From Auanema rhodensis (lineage: Eukaryota; Animalia; Nematoda), in NCBI GenBank assembly GCA_964057225.1, contig OZ059900.1:21452001-21516000 (forward strand): a DNA stretch of 64,000 nt, in the 5' to 3' direction. Numbering within the stretch: position 1 is the first letter of the stretch; each line of letters begins with the position of its first letter. Below the pieces are notes generated by a model, which was not told the origin of the DNA, ran no database searches, and saw nothing but the letters and a program-made list of their open reading frames with translations. The position numbers and the translations under genes were made by a program. This document shows, one piece after another, positions 40,901-54,400 of the stretch.

Positions 40901-43900
40901 AACCAGTTTTTGGAAATTTCGCTGTAAACAAGGTTTTGACTTACGATTTCATGTGTTCAAACTCATGCAATGTCAATGAAACCTAGCTCGAAATTGTTCC
41001 TACAACGTCTAATTCCACTTTCACGACAAAAAAACAGGGGTTAGAAAATTAAGGAAATTAGCATATTCTGAGGGCACGCCCCTTATGGCTAATATTGATT
41101 AAATCGATTTTTGTTCATATGAGTCGTCAAATGCAACGAATTTTAGCGTGTTACATACTAAAATGAAGCATTTTACATGCTGAACACTAGAAAAATACAA
41201 AAACACAGTATTTCCCATGAGAAATATTTTATTATGCTGGAAAACCAGTTTTTGGAAATTTCGCTGTAAACAAGGTTTTGACTTACGATTTCATGTGTTC
41301 AAACTCATGCAATGTCAATGAAACCTAGCTCAAAATTGTTCGTACAACGTCTAGTTCCACTTTCACGACAAAAAAACAGGGGTTAGAAAATTAAGGAAAT
41401 TAGCATATTCTGAGGGCACGCCCCTTATGGCTAATATTGATTAAATCGATTTTTGTTCATATGAGTCGTCAAATGCAACGAATTTTAGCGTGTTACATAC
41501 TAAAATGAAGCATTTTACATGCTGAACACTAGAAAAATACAAAAACACAGTATTTCCCATGAGAAATATTTTATTATGCTGGAAAACCAGTTTTTGGAAA
41601 TTTCGCTGTAAACAAGGTTTTGACTTACGATTTCATGTGTTCAAACTCATGCAATGTCAATGAAACCTAGCTCAAAATTGTTCCTACAACGTCTAGTTCC
41701 ACTTTCACGACAAAAAACAGGGGTTAGAAAATTAAGGAAATTAGCATATTCTGAGGGCACGCCCCTTATGGCTAATATTGATTAAATCGATTTTTGTTCA
41801 TATGAGTCGTCAAATGCAACGAATTTCAGCGTGTTACATACTAAAATGAAGCATTTTACATGCTGAACACTATAAAAATACAAAAACACAGTATTTCCCA
41901 TGAGAAATATTTTATTATGCTGGAAAACCAGTTTTTGGAAATTTCGCTGTAAACAAGGTTTTGACTTACGATTTCATGTGTTCAAACTCATGCAATGTCA
42001 ATGAAACCTAGCTCAAAATTGTTCCTACAACGTCTAATTCCACTTTCACGACAAAAAAACAGGGGTTAGAAAATTAAGGAAATTAGCATATTCTGAGGGC
42101 ACGCCCCTTATGGCTAATATTGATTAAATCGATTTTTGTTCATATGAGTCGTCAAATGCAACGAATTTTAGCGTGTTACATACTAAAATGAAGCATTTTA
42201 CATGCTGAACACTAGAAAAATACAAAAACACAGTATTTCCCATGAGAAATATTTTATTATGCTGGAAAACCAGTTTTTGGAAATTTCGCTGTAAACAAGG
42301 TTTTGACTTACGATTTCATGTGTTCAAACTCATGCAATGTCAATGAAACCTAGCTCAAAATTGTTCGTACAACGTCTAGTTCCACTTTCACGACAAAAAA
42401 ACAGGGGTTAGAAAATTAAGGAAATTAGCATATTCTGAGGGCACGCCCCTTATGGCTAATATTGATTAAATCGATTTTTGTTCATATGAGTCGTCAAATG
42501 CAACGAATTTTAGCGTGTTACATACTAAAATGAAGCATTTTACATGCTGAACACTAGAAAAATACAAAAACACAGTATTTCCCATGAGAAATATTTTATT
42601 ATGCTGGAAAACCAGTTTTTGGAAATTTCGCTGTAAACAAGGTTTTGACTTACGATTTCATGTGTTCAAACTCATGCAATGTCAATGAAACCTAGCTCAA
42701 AATTGTTCGTACAACGTCTAGTTCCACTTTCACGACAAAAAAACAGGGGTTAGAAAATTAAGGAAATTAGCATATTCTGAGGGCACGCCCCTTATGGCTA
42801 ATATTGATTAAATCGATTTTTGTTCATATGAGTCGTCAAATGCAACGAATTTCAGCGTATTACAAACTAAAATGAAGTATTTCACATGCTGAACACTAGA
42901 AAAATACAAAAACACAGTATTTCCCATGAGAAATATTTTATTATGCTGGAAAACCAGTTTTTGGAAATTTCGCTGTAAACAAGGTTTTGACTTACGATTT
43001 CATGTGTTCAAACTCATGCAATGTCAATGAAACCTTGCTCAAAATTGTTCCTACAACGTCTAGTTCCACTTTCACGACAAAAAAACAGGGGTTAGAAAAT
43101 TTAGGAAATTAGCATATTCTGAGGGCACGCCCCTTATGGCTAATATTGATTAAATCGATTTTTGTTCATATGAGTCGTCAAATGAAACGAATTTCAGGGT
43201 GTTACATACTAAAATGAAGCATTTTACATGCTGAACACTATAAAAATACAAAAACACAGTATTTCCCATGAGAAATATTTTATTATGCTGGAAAACCAGT
43301 TTTTGGAAAGTTCGCTGTAAACAAGGTTTTGACTTACGATTTCATGTGTTCAAACTCATGCAATGTCAATGAAACCTAGCTCAAAATTGTTCCTACAACG
43401 TCTAATTCCACTTTCACGACAAAAAAACAGGGGTTAGAAAATTAAGGAAATTAGCACATTCTGAGGGCACGCCCCTTATGGCTAATATTGATTAAATCGA
43501 TTTTTGTTCATATGAGTCGTCAAATGCAACGAATTTCAGCGTGTTACATACTAAAATGAAGTATTTTACATGCTGAACACTAGAAAAATACAAAAACACA
43601 GTATTTCCCATGAGAAATATTTTATTATGCTGGAAAACCAGTTTTTGGAAATTTCGCTGTAAACAAGGTTTTGACTTACGATTTCATGTGTTCAAACTCA
43701 TGCAATGTCAATGAAACCTAGCTCAAAATTGTTCCTACAACGTCTAGTTCCACTTTCACGACAAAAAACAGGGGTTAGAAAATTAAGGAAATTAGCATAT
43801 TCTGAGGGCACGCCTCTATGGCTTATATTGATTAAATCGATTTTTGTTCATATGATTCGTCAAATGCATTGAATTTCAGCGTGTTACATACTAAAATGAA

Positions 43901-45110
43901 GTGTTTTACATGCTGAACACTAGAAAAATACAAAAACACAGTATTTCCCATGAGAAATATTTTATTATGCTGGAAAACCAGTTTTTGAAAATTTCGCTGT
44001 AAACAAGGTTTTGACTTACGATTTCATGTGTTCAAACTCATGCAATGTCAATGAAACCTAGCTCAAAATTGTTCCTACAACGTCTAGTTCCACTTTCACG
44101 ACAAAAAACAGGGGTTAGAAAATTAAGGAAATTAGCATATTCTGAGGGCACGCCCCTTATGGCTAATATTGATTAAATCGATTTTTGTTCATATGAGTCG
44201 TCAAATGCAACGAATTTCAGCGTGTTACATACTAAAATGAAGCATTTTACATGCTGAACACTATAAAAATACAAAAACACAGTATTTCCCATGAGAAATA
44301 TTTTATTATGCTGGAAAACCAGTTTTTGGAAATTTCGCTGTAAACAAGGTTTTGACTTACGATTTCATGTGTTCAAACTCATGCAATGTCAATGAAACCT
44401 AGCTCAAAATTGTTCCTACAACGTCTAATTCCACTTTCACGACAAAAAAACAGGGGTTAGAAAATTAAGGAAATTAGCATATTCTGAGGGCACGCCCCTT
44501 ATGGCTAATATTGATTAAATCGATTTTTGTTCATATGAGTCGTCAAATGCAACGAATTTTAGCGTGTTACATACTAAAATGAAGCATTTTACATGCTGAA
44601 CACTAGAAAAATACAAAAACACAGTATTTCCCATGAGAAATATTTTATTATGCTGGAAAACCAGTTTTTGGAAATTTCGCTGTAAACAAGGTTTTGACTT
44701 ACGATTTCATGTGTTCAAACTCATGCAATGTCAATGAAACCTAGCTCAAAATTGTTCGTACAACGTCTAGTTCCACTTTCACGACAAAAAAACAGGGGTT
44801 AGAAAATTAAGGAAATTAGCATATTCTGAGGGCACGCCCCTTATGGCTAATATTGATTAAATCGATTTTTGTTCATATGAGTCGTCAAATGCAACGAATT
44901 TTAGCGTGTTACATACTAAAATGAAGCATTTTACATGCTGAACACTAGAAAAATACAAAAACACAGTATTTCCCATGAGAAATATTTTATTATGCTGGAA
45001 AACCAGTTTTTGGAAATTTCGCTGTAAACAAGGTTTTGACTTACGATTTCATGTGTTCAAACTCATGCAATGTCAATGAAACCTAGCTCAAAATTGTTCG
45101 TACAACGTCT
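37938..45110 (+). repeat. X-led HOR region: a 7-mer, then a 10-mer (7-mer plus an internal 3-monomer duplication), then a partial copy
   Basis: X monomers start at 37938, 40329 and 43745 (spacings 2391 and 3416 bp). The trio following X is repeated inside the second unit. Confidence 0.8.
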
Positions 45111-45451
45111 AGTTCCACTTTCACGACAAAAAAACAGGGGTTAGAAAATTAAGGAAATTAGCATATTCTGAGGGCACGCCCCTTATGGTTAATATTGATT
45201 AAATCGATTTTTGTTCATATGAGTCGTCAAATGCAACGAATTTCAGCGTGTTACATACTAAAATGAAGCATTTTACATGCTGAACACTAGAAAAATACAA
45301 AAACACAGTATTTCCCATAAGAAATATTTTATTATGCTGGAAAACCAGTTTTTGGAAATTTCGCTGTAAACAAGGTTTTGACTTACGATTTCATGTGTTC
45401 AAACTCATGCAATGTCAATGAAACCTAGCTCAAAATTGTTCGTACAACGTC

Positions 45452-48400
45452 TAGTTCCACTTTCACGACAAAAAAACAGGGGTTAGAAAATTAAGGAAAT
45501 TAGCATATTCTGAGGGCACGCCCCTTATGGCTAATATTGATTAAATCGATTTTTGTTCATATGAGTAGTCAAATGCAACGAATTTCAGCGTGTTACATAC
45601 TTAAATGAAGCATTTTACATGCTGAACACTAGAAAAATACAAAAACACAGTATTTCCCATGAGAAATATTTTATTATACTGGAAACCAGTTTTTGGAATT
45701 TTCGCTGTAAACAAGGTTTTGACTTACAATTTCATGTGTTCAAACTCATGCAATGTCAATGAAACCTAGCTCAAAATTGTTCGTACAACGTCTAGTTCCA
45801 CTTTCACGACAAAAAAACAGGGGTTAGAAAATTAAGGAAATTAGCATATTCTGAGGGCACGCCCCTTATGGCTAATATTGATTAAATCGATTTTTGTTCA
45901 TATGAGTCGTCAAATGAAACGAATTTCAGGGTGTTACATACTAAAATGAAGCATTTTACATGCTGAACACTATAAAAATACAAAAACACAGTATTTCCCA
46001 TGAGAAATATTTTATTATGCTGGAAAACCAGTTTTTGGAAAGTTCGCTGTAAACAAGGTTTTGACTTACGATTTCATGTGTTCAAACTCATGCAATGTCA
46101 ATGAAACCTAGCTCAAAATTGTTCCTACAACGTCTAATTCCACTTTCACGACAAAAAAACAGGGGTTAGAAAATTAAGGAAATTAGCACATTCTGAGGGC
46201 ACGCCCCTTATGGCTAATATTGATTAAATCGATTTTTGTTCATATGAGTCGTCAAATGCAACGAATTTCAGCGTGTTACATACTAAAATGAAGTATTTTA
46301 CATGCTGAACACTAGAAAAATACAAAAACACAGTATTTCCCATGAGAAATATTTTATTATGCTGGAAAACCAGTTTTTGGAAATTTCGCTGTAAACAAGG
46401 TTTTGACTTACGATTTCATGTGTTCAAACTCATGCAATGTCAATGAAACCTAGCTCAAAATTGTTCCTACAACGTCTAGTTCCACTTTCACGACAAAAAA
46501 ACAGGGGTTAGAAAATTTAGGAAATTAGCATATTCTGAGGGCACGCCCCTTATGGCTAATATTGATTAAATCGATTTTTGTTCATATGAGTCGTCAAATG
46601 CAACGAATTTCAGCGTATTACAAACTAAAATGAAGTATTTCACATGCTGAACACTAGAAAAATACAAAAACACAGTATTTCCCATGAGAAATATTTTATT
46701 ATGCTGGAAAACCAGTTTTTGGAAAGTTCGCTGTAAACAAGGTTTTGACTTACGATTTCATGTGTTCAAACTCATGCAATGTCAATGAAACCTAGCTCAA
46801 AATTGTTCCTACAACGTCTAATTCCACTTTCACGACAAAAAAACAGGGGTTAGAAAATTAAGGAAATTAGCACATTCTGAGGGCACGCCCCTTATGGCTA
46901 ATATTGATTAAATCGATTTTTGTTCATATGAGTCGTCAAATGCAACGAATTTCAGCGTGTTACATACTAAAATGAAGTATTTTACATGCTGAACACTAGA
47001 GAAATACAAAAACACAGTATTTCCCATAAGAAATATTTTATTATGCTGGAAAACCAGTTTTTGGAAATTTCGCTGTAAACAAGGTTTTGACTTACGATTT
47101 CATGTGTTCAAACTCATGCAATGTCAATGAAACCTAGCTCAAAATTGTTCGTACAACGTCTAGTTCCACTTTCACGACAAAAAAACAGGGGTTAGAAAAT
47201 TAAGGAAATTAGCATATTCTGAGGGCACGCCCCTTATGGCTAATATTGATTAAATCGATTTTTGTTCATATGAGTAGTCAAATGCAACGAATTTCAGCGT
47301 GTTACATACTTAAATGAAGCATTTTACATGCTGAACACTAGAAAAATACAAAAACACAGTATTTCCCATGAGAAATATTTTATTATGCTGGAAAACCAGT
47401 TTTTGGAAATTTCGCTGTAAACAAGGTTTTGACTTACGATTTCATGTGTTCAAACTCATGCAATGTCAATAAAACCTAGCTCAAAATTGTTCGTACAACG
47501 TCTAGTTCCACTTTCACGACAAAAAAACAGGGGTTAGAAAATTTAGGAAATTAGCATATTCTGAGGGCACGCCCCTTATGGCTAATATTGATTAAATCGA
47601 TTTTTGTTCATATGAGTCGTCAAATGCAACGAATTTCAGCGTATTACAAACTAAAATGAAGTATTTCACATGCTGAACACTAGAAAAATACAAAAACACA
47701 GTATTTCCCATGAGAAATATTTTATTATGCTGGAAAACCAGTTTTTGGAAATTTCGCTGTAAACAAGGTTTTGACTTACGATTTCATGTGTTCAAACTCA
47801 TGCAATGTCAATGAAACCTTGCTCAAAATTGTTCCTACAACGTCTAGTTCCACTTTCACGACAAAAAAACAGGGGTTAGAAAATTTAGGAAATTAGCATA
47901 TTCTGAGGGCACGCCCCTTATGGCTAATATTGATTAAATCGATTTTTGTTCATATGAGTCGTCAAATGAAACGAATTTCAGGGTGTTACATACTAAAATG
48001 AAGCATTTTACATGCTGAACACTATAAAAATACAAAAACACAGTATTTCCCATGAGAAATATTTTATTATGCTGGAAAACCAGTTTTTGGAAAGTTCGCT
48101 GTAAACAAGGTTTTGACTTACGATTTCATGTGTTCAAACTCATGCAATGTCAATGAAACCTAGCTCAAAATTGTTCCTACAACGTCTAATTCCACTTTCA
48201 CGACAAAAAAACAGGGGTTAGAAAATTAAGGAAATTAGCACATTCTGAGGGCACGCCCCTTATGGCTAATATTGATTAAATCGATTTTTGTTCATATGAG
48301 TCGTCAAATGCAACGAATTTCAGCGTGTTACATACTAAAATGAAGTATTTTACATGCTGAACACTAGAAAAATACAAAAACACAGTATTTCCCATGAGAA

Positions 48401-51400
48401 ATATTTTATTATGCTGGAAAACCAGTTTTTGGAAATTTCGCTGTAAACAAGGTTTTGACTTACGATTTCATGTGTTCAAACTCATGCAATGTCAATGAAA
48501 CCTTGCTCAAAATTGTTCCTACAACGTCTAATTCCACTTTCACGACAAAAAAACAGGGGTTAGAAAATTAAGGAAATTAGCATATTCTGAGGGCACGCCC
48601 CTTATGGCTAATATTGATTAAATCGATTTTTGTTCATATGAGTCGTCAAATGCAACGAATTTTAGCGTGTTACATACTAAAATGAAGCATTTTATATGCT
48701 GAACACTAGAAAAATACAAAAACACAGTATTTCCCATGAGAAATATTTTATTATGCTGGAAAACCAGTTTTTGGAAATTTCGCTGTAAACAAGGTTTTGA
48801 CTTACGATTTCATGTGTTCAAACTCATGCAATGTCAATGAAACCTAGCTCAAAATTGTTCGTACAACGTCTAGTTCCACTTTCACGACAAAAAAACAGGG
48901 GTTAGAAAATTAAGGAAATTAGCATATTCTGAGGGCACGCCCCTTATGGTTAATATTGATTAAATCGATTTTTGTTCATATGAGTCGTCAAATGCAACGA
49001 ATTTCAGCGTGTTACATACTAAAATGAAGCATTTTACATGCTGAACACTAGAAAAATACAAAAACACAGTATTTCCCATGAGAAATATTTTATTATGCTG
49101 GAAAACCAGTTTTTGGAAATTTCGCTGTAAACAAGGTTTTGACTTACGATTTCATGTGTTCAAACTCATGCAATGTCAATGAAACCTAGCTCAAAATTGT
49201 TCCTACAACGTCTAGTTCCACTTTCACGACAAAAAAACAGGGGTTAGAAAATTTAGGAAATTAGCATATTCTGAGGGCACGCCCCTTATGGCTAATATTG
49301 ATTAAATCGATTTTTGTTCATATGAGTCGTCAAATGCAACGAATTTCAGCGTATTACAAACTAAAATGAAGTATTTCACATGCTGAACACTAGAAAAATA
49401 CAAAAACACAGTATTTCCCATGAGAAATATTTTATTATGCTGGAAAACCAGTTTTTGGAAATTTCGCTGTAAACAAGGTTTTGACTTACGATTTCATGTG
49501 TTCAAACTCATGCAATGTCAATGAAACCTTGCTCAAAATTGTTCCTACAACGTCTAGTTCCACTTTCACGACAAAAAAACAGGGGTTAGAAAATTTAGGA
49601 AATTAGCATATTCTGAGGGCACGCCCCTTATGGCTAATATTGATTAAATCGATTTTTGTTCATATGAGTCGTCAAATGAAACGAATTTCAGGGTGTTACA
49701 TACTAAAATGAAGCATTTTACATGCTGAACACTATAAAAATACAAAAACACAGTATTTCCCATGAGAAATATTTTATTATGCTGGAAAACCAGTTTTTGG
49801 AAAGTTCGCTGTAAACAAGGTTTTGACTTACGATTTCATGTGTTCAAACTCATGCAATGTCAATGAAACCTAGCTCAAAATTGTTCCTACAACGTCTAAT
49901 TCCACTTTCACGACAAAAAAACAGGGGTTAGAAAATTAAGGAAATTAGCACATTCTGAGGGCACGCCCCTTATGGCTAATATTGATTAAATCGATTTTTG
50001 TTCATATGAGTCGTCAAATGCAACGAATTTCAGCGTGTTACATACTAAAATGAAGTATTTTACATGCTGAACACTAGAAAAATACAAAAACACAGTATTT
50101 CCCATGAGAAATATTTTATTATGCTGGAAAACCAGTTTTTGGAAATTTCGCTGTAAACAAGGTTTTGACTTACGATTTCATGTGTTCAAACTCATGCAAT
50201 GTCAATGAAACCTAGCTCAAAATTGTTCCTACAACGTCTAGTTCCACTTTCACGACAAAAAAACAGGGGTTAGAAAATTTAGGAAATTAGCATATTCTGA
50301 GGGCACGCCCCTTATGGCTAATATTGATTAAATCGATTTTTGTTCATATGAGTCGTCAAATGCAACGAATTTCAGCGTATTACAAACTAAAATGAAGTAT
50401 TTCACATGCTGAACACTAGAAAAATACAAAAACACAGTATTTCCCATGAGAAATATTTTATTATGCTGGAAAACCAGTTTTTGGAAAGTTCGCTGTAAAC
50501 AAGGTTTTGACTTACGATTTCATGTGTTCAAACTCATGCAATGTCAATGAAACCTAGCTCAAAATTGTTCCTACAACGTCTAATTCCACTTTCACGACAA
50601 AAAAACAGGGGTTAGAAAATTAAGGAAATTAGCACATTCTGAGGGCACGCCCCTTATGGCTAATATTGATTAAATCGATTTTTGTTCATATGAGTCGTCA
50701 AATGCAACGAATTTCAGCGTGTTACATACTAAAATGAAGTATTTTACATGCTGAACACTAGAGAAATACAAAAACACAGTATTTCCCATAAGAAATATTT
50801 TATTATGCTGGAAAACCAGTTTTTGGAAATTTCGCTGTAAACAAGGTTTTGACTTACGATTTCATGTGTTCAAACTCATGCAATGTCAATGAAACCTAGC
50901 TCAAAATTGTTCGTACAACGTCTAGTTCCACTTTCACGACAAAAAAACAGGGGTTAGAAAATTAAGGAAATTAGCATATTCTGAGGGCACGCCCCTTATG
51001 GCTAATATTGATTAAATCGATTTTTGTTCATATGAGTAGTCAAATGCAACGAATTTCAGCGTGTTACATACTTAAATGAAGCATTTTACATGCTGAACAC
51101 TAGAAAAATACAAAAACACAGTATTTCCCATGAGAAATATTTTATTATACTGGAAACCAGTTTTTGGAATTTTCGCTGTAAACAAGGTTTTGACTTACAA
51201 TTTCATGTGTTCAAACTCATGCAATGTCAATGAAACCTAGCTCAAAATTGTTCGTACAACGTCTAGTTCCACTTTCACGACAAAAAAACAGGGGTTAGAA
51301 AATTAAGGAAATTAGCATATTCTGAGGGCACGCCCCTTATGGCTAATATTGATTAAATCGATTTTTGTTCATATGAGTCGTCAAATGAAACGAATTTCAG

Positions 51401-54400
51401 GGTGTTACATACTAAAATGAAGCATTTTACATGCTGAACACTATAAAAATACAAAAACACAGTATTTCCCATGAGAAATATTTTATTATGCTGGAAAACC
51501 AGTTTTTGGAAAGTTCGCTGTAAACAAGGTTTTGACTTACGATTTCATGTGTTCAAACTCATGCAATGTCAATGAAACCTAGCTCAAAATTGTTCCTACA
51601 ACGTCTAATTCCACTTTCACGACAAAAAAACAGGGGTTAGAAAATTAAGGAAATTAGCACATTCTGAGGGCACGCCCCTTATGGCTAATATTGATTAAAT
51701 CGATTTTTGTTCATATGAGTCGTCAAATGCAACGAATTTCAGCGTGTTACATACTAAAATGAAGTATTTTACATGCTGAACACTAGAAAAATACAAAAAC
51801 ACAGTATTTCCCATGAGAAATATTTTATTATGCTGGAAAACCAGTTTTTGGAAATTTCGCTGTAAACAAGGTTTTGACTTACGATTTCATGTGTTCAAAC
51901 TCATGCAATGTCAATGAAACCTAGCTCAAAATTGTTCCTACAACGTCTAGTTCCACTTTCACGACAAAAAAACAGGGGTTAGAAAATTTAGGAAATTAGC
52001 ATATTCTGAGGGCACGCCCCTTATGGCTAATATTGATTAAATCGATTTTTGTTCATATGAGTCGTCAAATGCAACGAATTTCAGCGTATTACAAACTAAA
52101 ATGAAGTATTTCACATGCTGAACACTAGAAAAATACAAAAACACAGTATTTCCCATGAGAAATATTTTATTATGCTGGAAAACCAGTTTTTGGAAAGTTC
52201 GCTGTAAACAAGGTTTTGACTTACGATTTCATGTGTTCAAACTCATGCAATGTCAATGAAACCTAGCTCAAAATTGTTCCTACAACGTCTAATTCCACTT
52301 TCACGACAAAAAAACAGGGGTTAGAAAATTAAGGAAATTAGCACATTCTGAGGGCACGCCCCTTATGGCTAATATTGATTAAATCGATTTTTGTTCATAT
52401 GAGTCGTCAAATGCAACGAATTTCAGCGTGTTACATACTAAAATGAAGTATTTTACATGCTGAACACTAGAGAAATACAAAAACACAGTATTTCCCATAA
52501 GAAATATTTTATTATGCTGGAAAACCAGTTTTTGGAAATTTCGCTGTAAACAAGGTTTTGACTTACGATTTCATGTGTTCAAACTCATGCAATGTCAATG
52601 AAACCTAGCTCAAAATTGTTCGTACAACGTCTAGTTCCACTTTCACGACAAAAAAACAGGGATTAGAAAATTAAGGAAATTAGCATATTCTGAGGGCACG
52701 CCCCTTATGGCTAATATTGATTAAATCGATTTTTGTTCATATGAGTAGTCAAATGCAACGAATTTCAGCGTGTTACATACTTAAATGAAGCATTTTACAT
52801 GCTGAACACTAGAAAAATACAAAAACACAGTATTTCCCATGAGAAATATTTTATTATGCTGGAAAACCAGTTTTTGGAAATTTCGCTGTAAACAAGGTTT
52901 TGACTTACGATTTCATGTGTTCAAACTCATGCAATGTCAATAAAACCTAGCTCAAAATTGTTCGTACAACGTCTAGTTCCACTTTCACGACAAAAAAACA
53001 GGGGTTAGAAAATTTAGGAAATTAGCATATTCTGAGGGCACGCCCCTTATGGCTAATATTGATTAAATCGATTTTTGTTCATATGAGTCGTCAAATGCAA
53101 CGAATTTCAGCGTATTACAAACTAAAATGAAGTATTTCACATGCTGAACACTAGAAAAATACAAAAACACAGTATTTCCCATGAGAAATATTTTATTATG
53201 CTGGAAAACCAGTTTTTGGAAATTTCGCTGTAAACAAGGTTTTGACTTACGATTTCATGTGTTCAAACTCATGCAATGTCAATGAAACCTTGCTCAAAAT
53301 TGTTCCTACAACGTCTAGTTCCACTTTCACGACAAAAAAACAGGGGTTAGAAAATTTAGGAAATTAGCATATTCTGAGGGCACGCCCCTTATGGCTAATA
53401 TTGATTAAATCGATTTTTGTTCATATGAGTCGTCAAATGAAACGAATTTCAGGGTGTTACATACTAAAATGAAGCATTTTACATGCTGAACACTATAAAA
53501 ATACAAAAACACAGTATTTCCCATGAGAAATATTTTATTATGCTGGAAAACCAGTTTTTGGAAAGTTCGCTGTAAACAAGGTTTTGACTTACGATTTCAT
53601 GTGTTCAAACTCATGCAATGTCAATGAAACCTAGCTCAAAATTGTTCCTACAACGTCTAATTCCACTTTCACGACAAAAAAACAGGGGTTAGAAAATTAA
53701 GGAAATTAGCACATTCTGAGGGCACGCCCCTTATGGCTAATATTGATTAAATCGATTTTTGTTCATATGAGTCGTCAAATGCAACGAATTTCAGCGTGTT
53801 ACATACTAAAATGAAGTATTTTACATGCTGAACACTAGAAAAATACAAAAACACAGTATTTCCCATGAGAAATATTTTATTATGCTGGAAAACCAGTTTT
53901 TGGAAATTTCGCTGTAAACAAGGTTTTGACTTACGATTTCATGTGTTCAAACTCATGCAATGTCAATGAAACCTAGCTCAAAATTGTTCCTACAACGTCT
54001 AGTTCCACTTTCACGACAAAAAAACAGGGGTTAGAAAATTTAGGAAATTAGCATATTCTGAGGGCACGCCCCTTATGGCTAATATTGATTAAATCGATTT
54101 TTGTTCATATGAGTCGTCAAATGCAACGAATTTCAGCGTATTACAAACTAAAATGAAGTATTTCACATGCTGAACACTAGAAAAATACAAAAACACAGTA
54201 TTTCCCATGAGAAATATTTTATTATGCTGGAAAACCAGTTTTTGGAAAGTTCGCTGTAAACAAGGTTTTGACTTACGATTTCATGTGTTCAAACTCATGC
54301 AATGTCAATGAAACCTAGCTCAAAATTGTTCCTACAACGTCTAATTCCACTTTCACGACAAAAAAACAGGGGTTAGAAAATTAAGGAAATTAGCACATTC

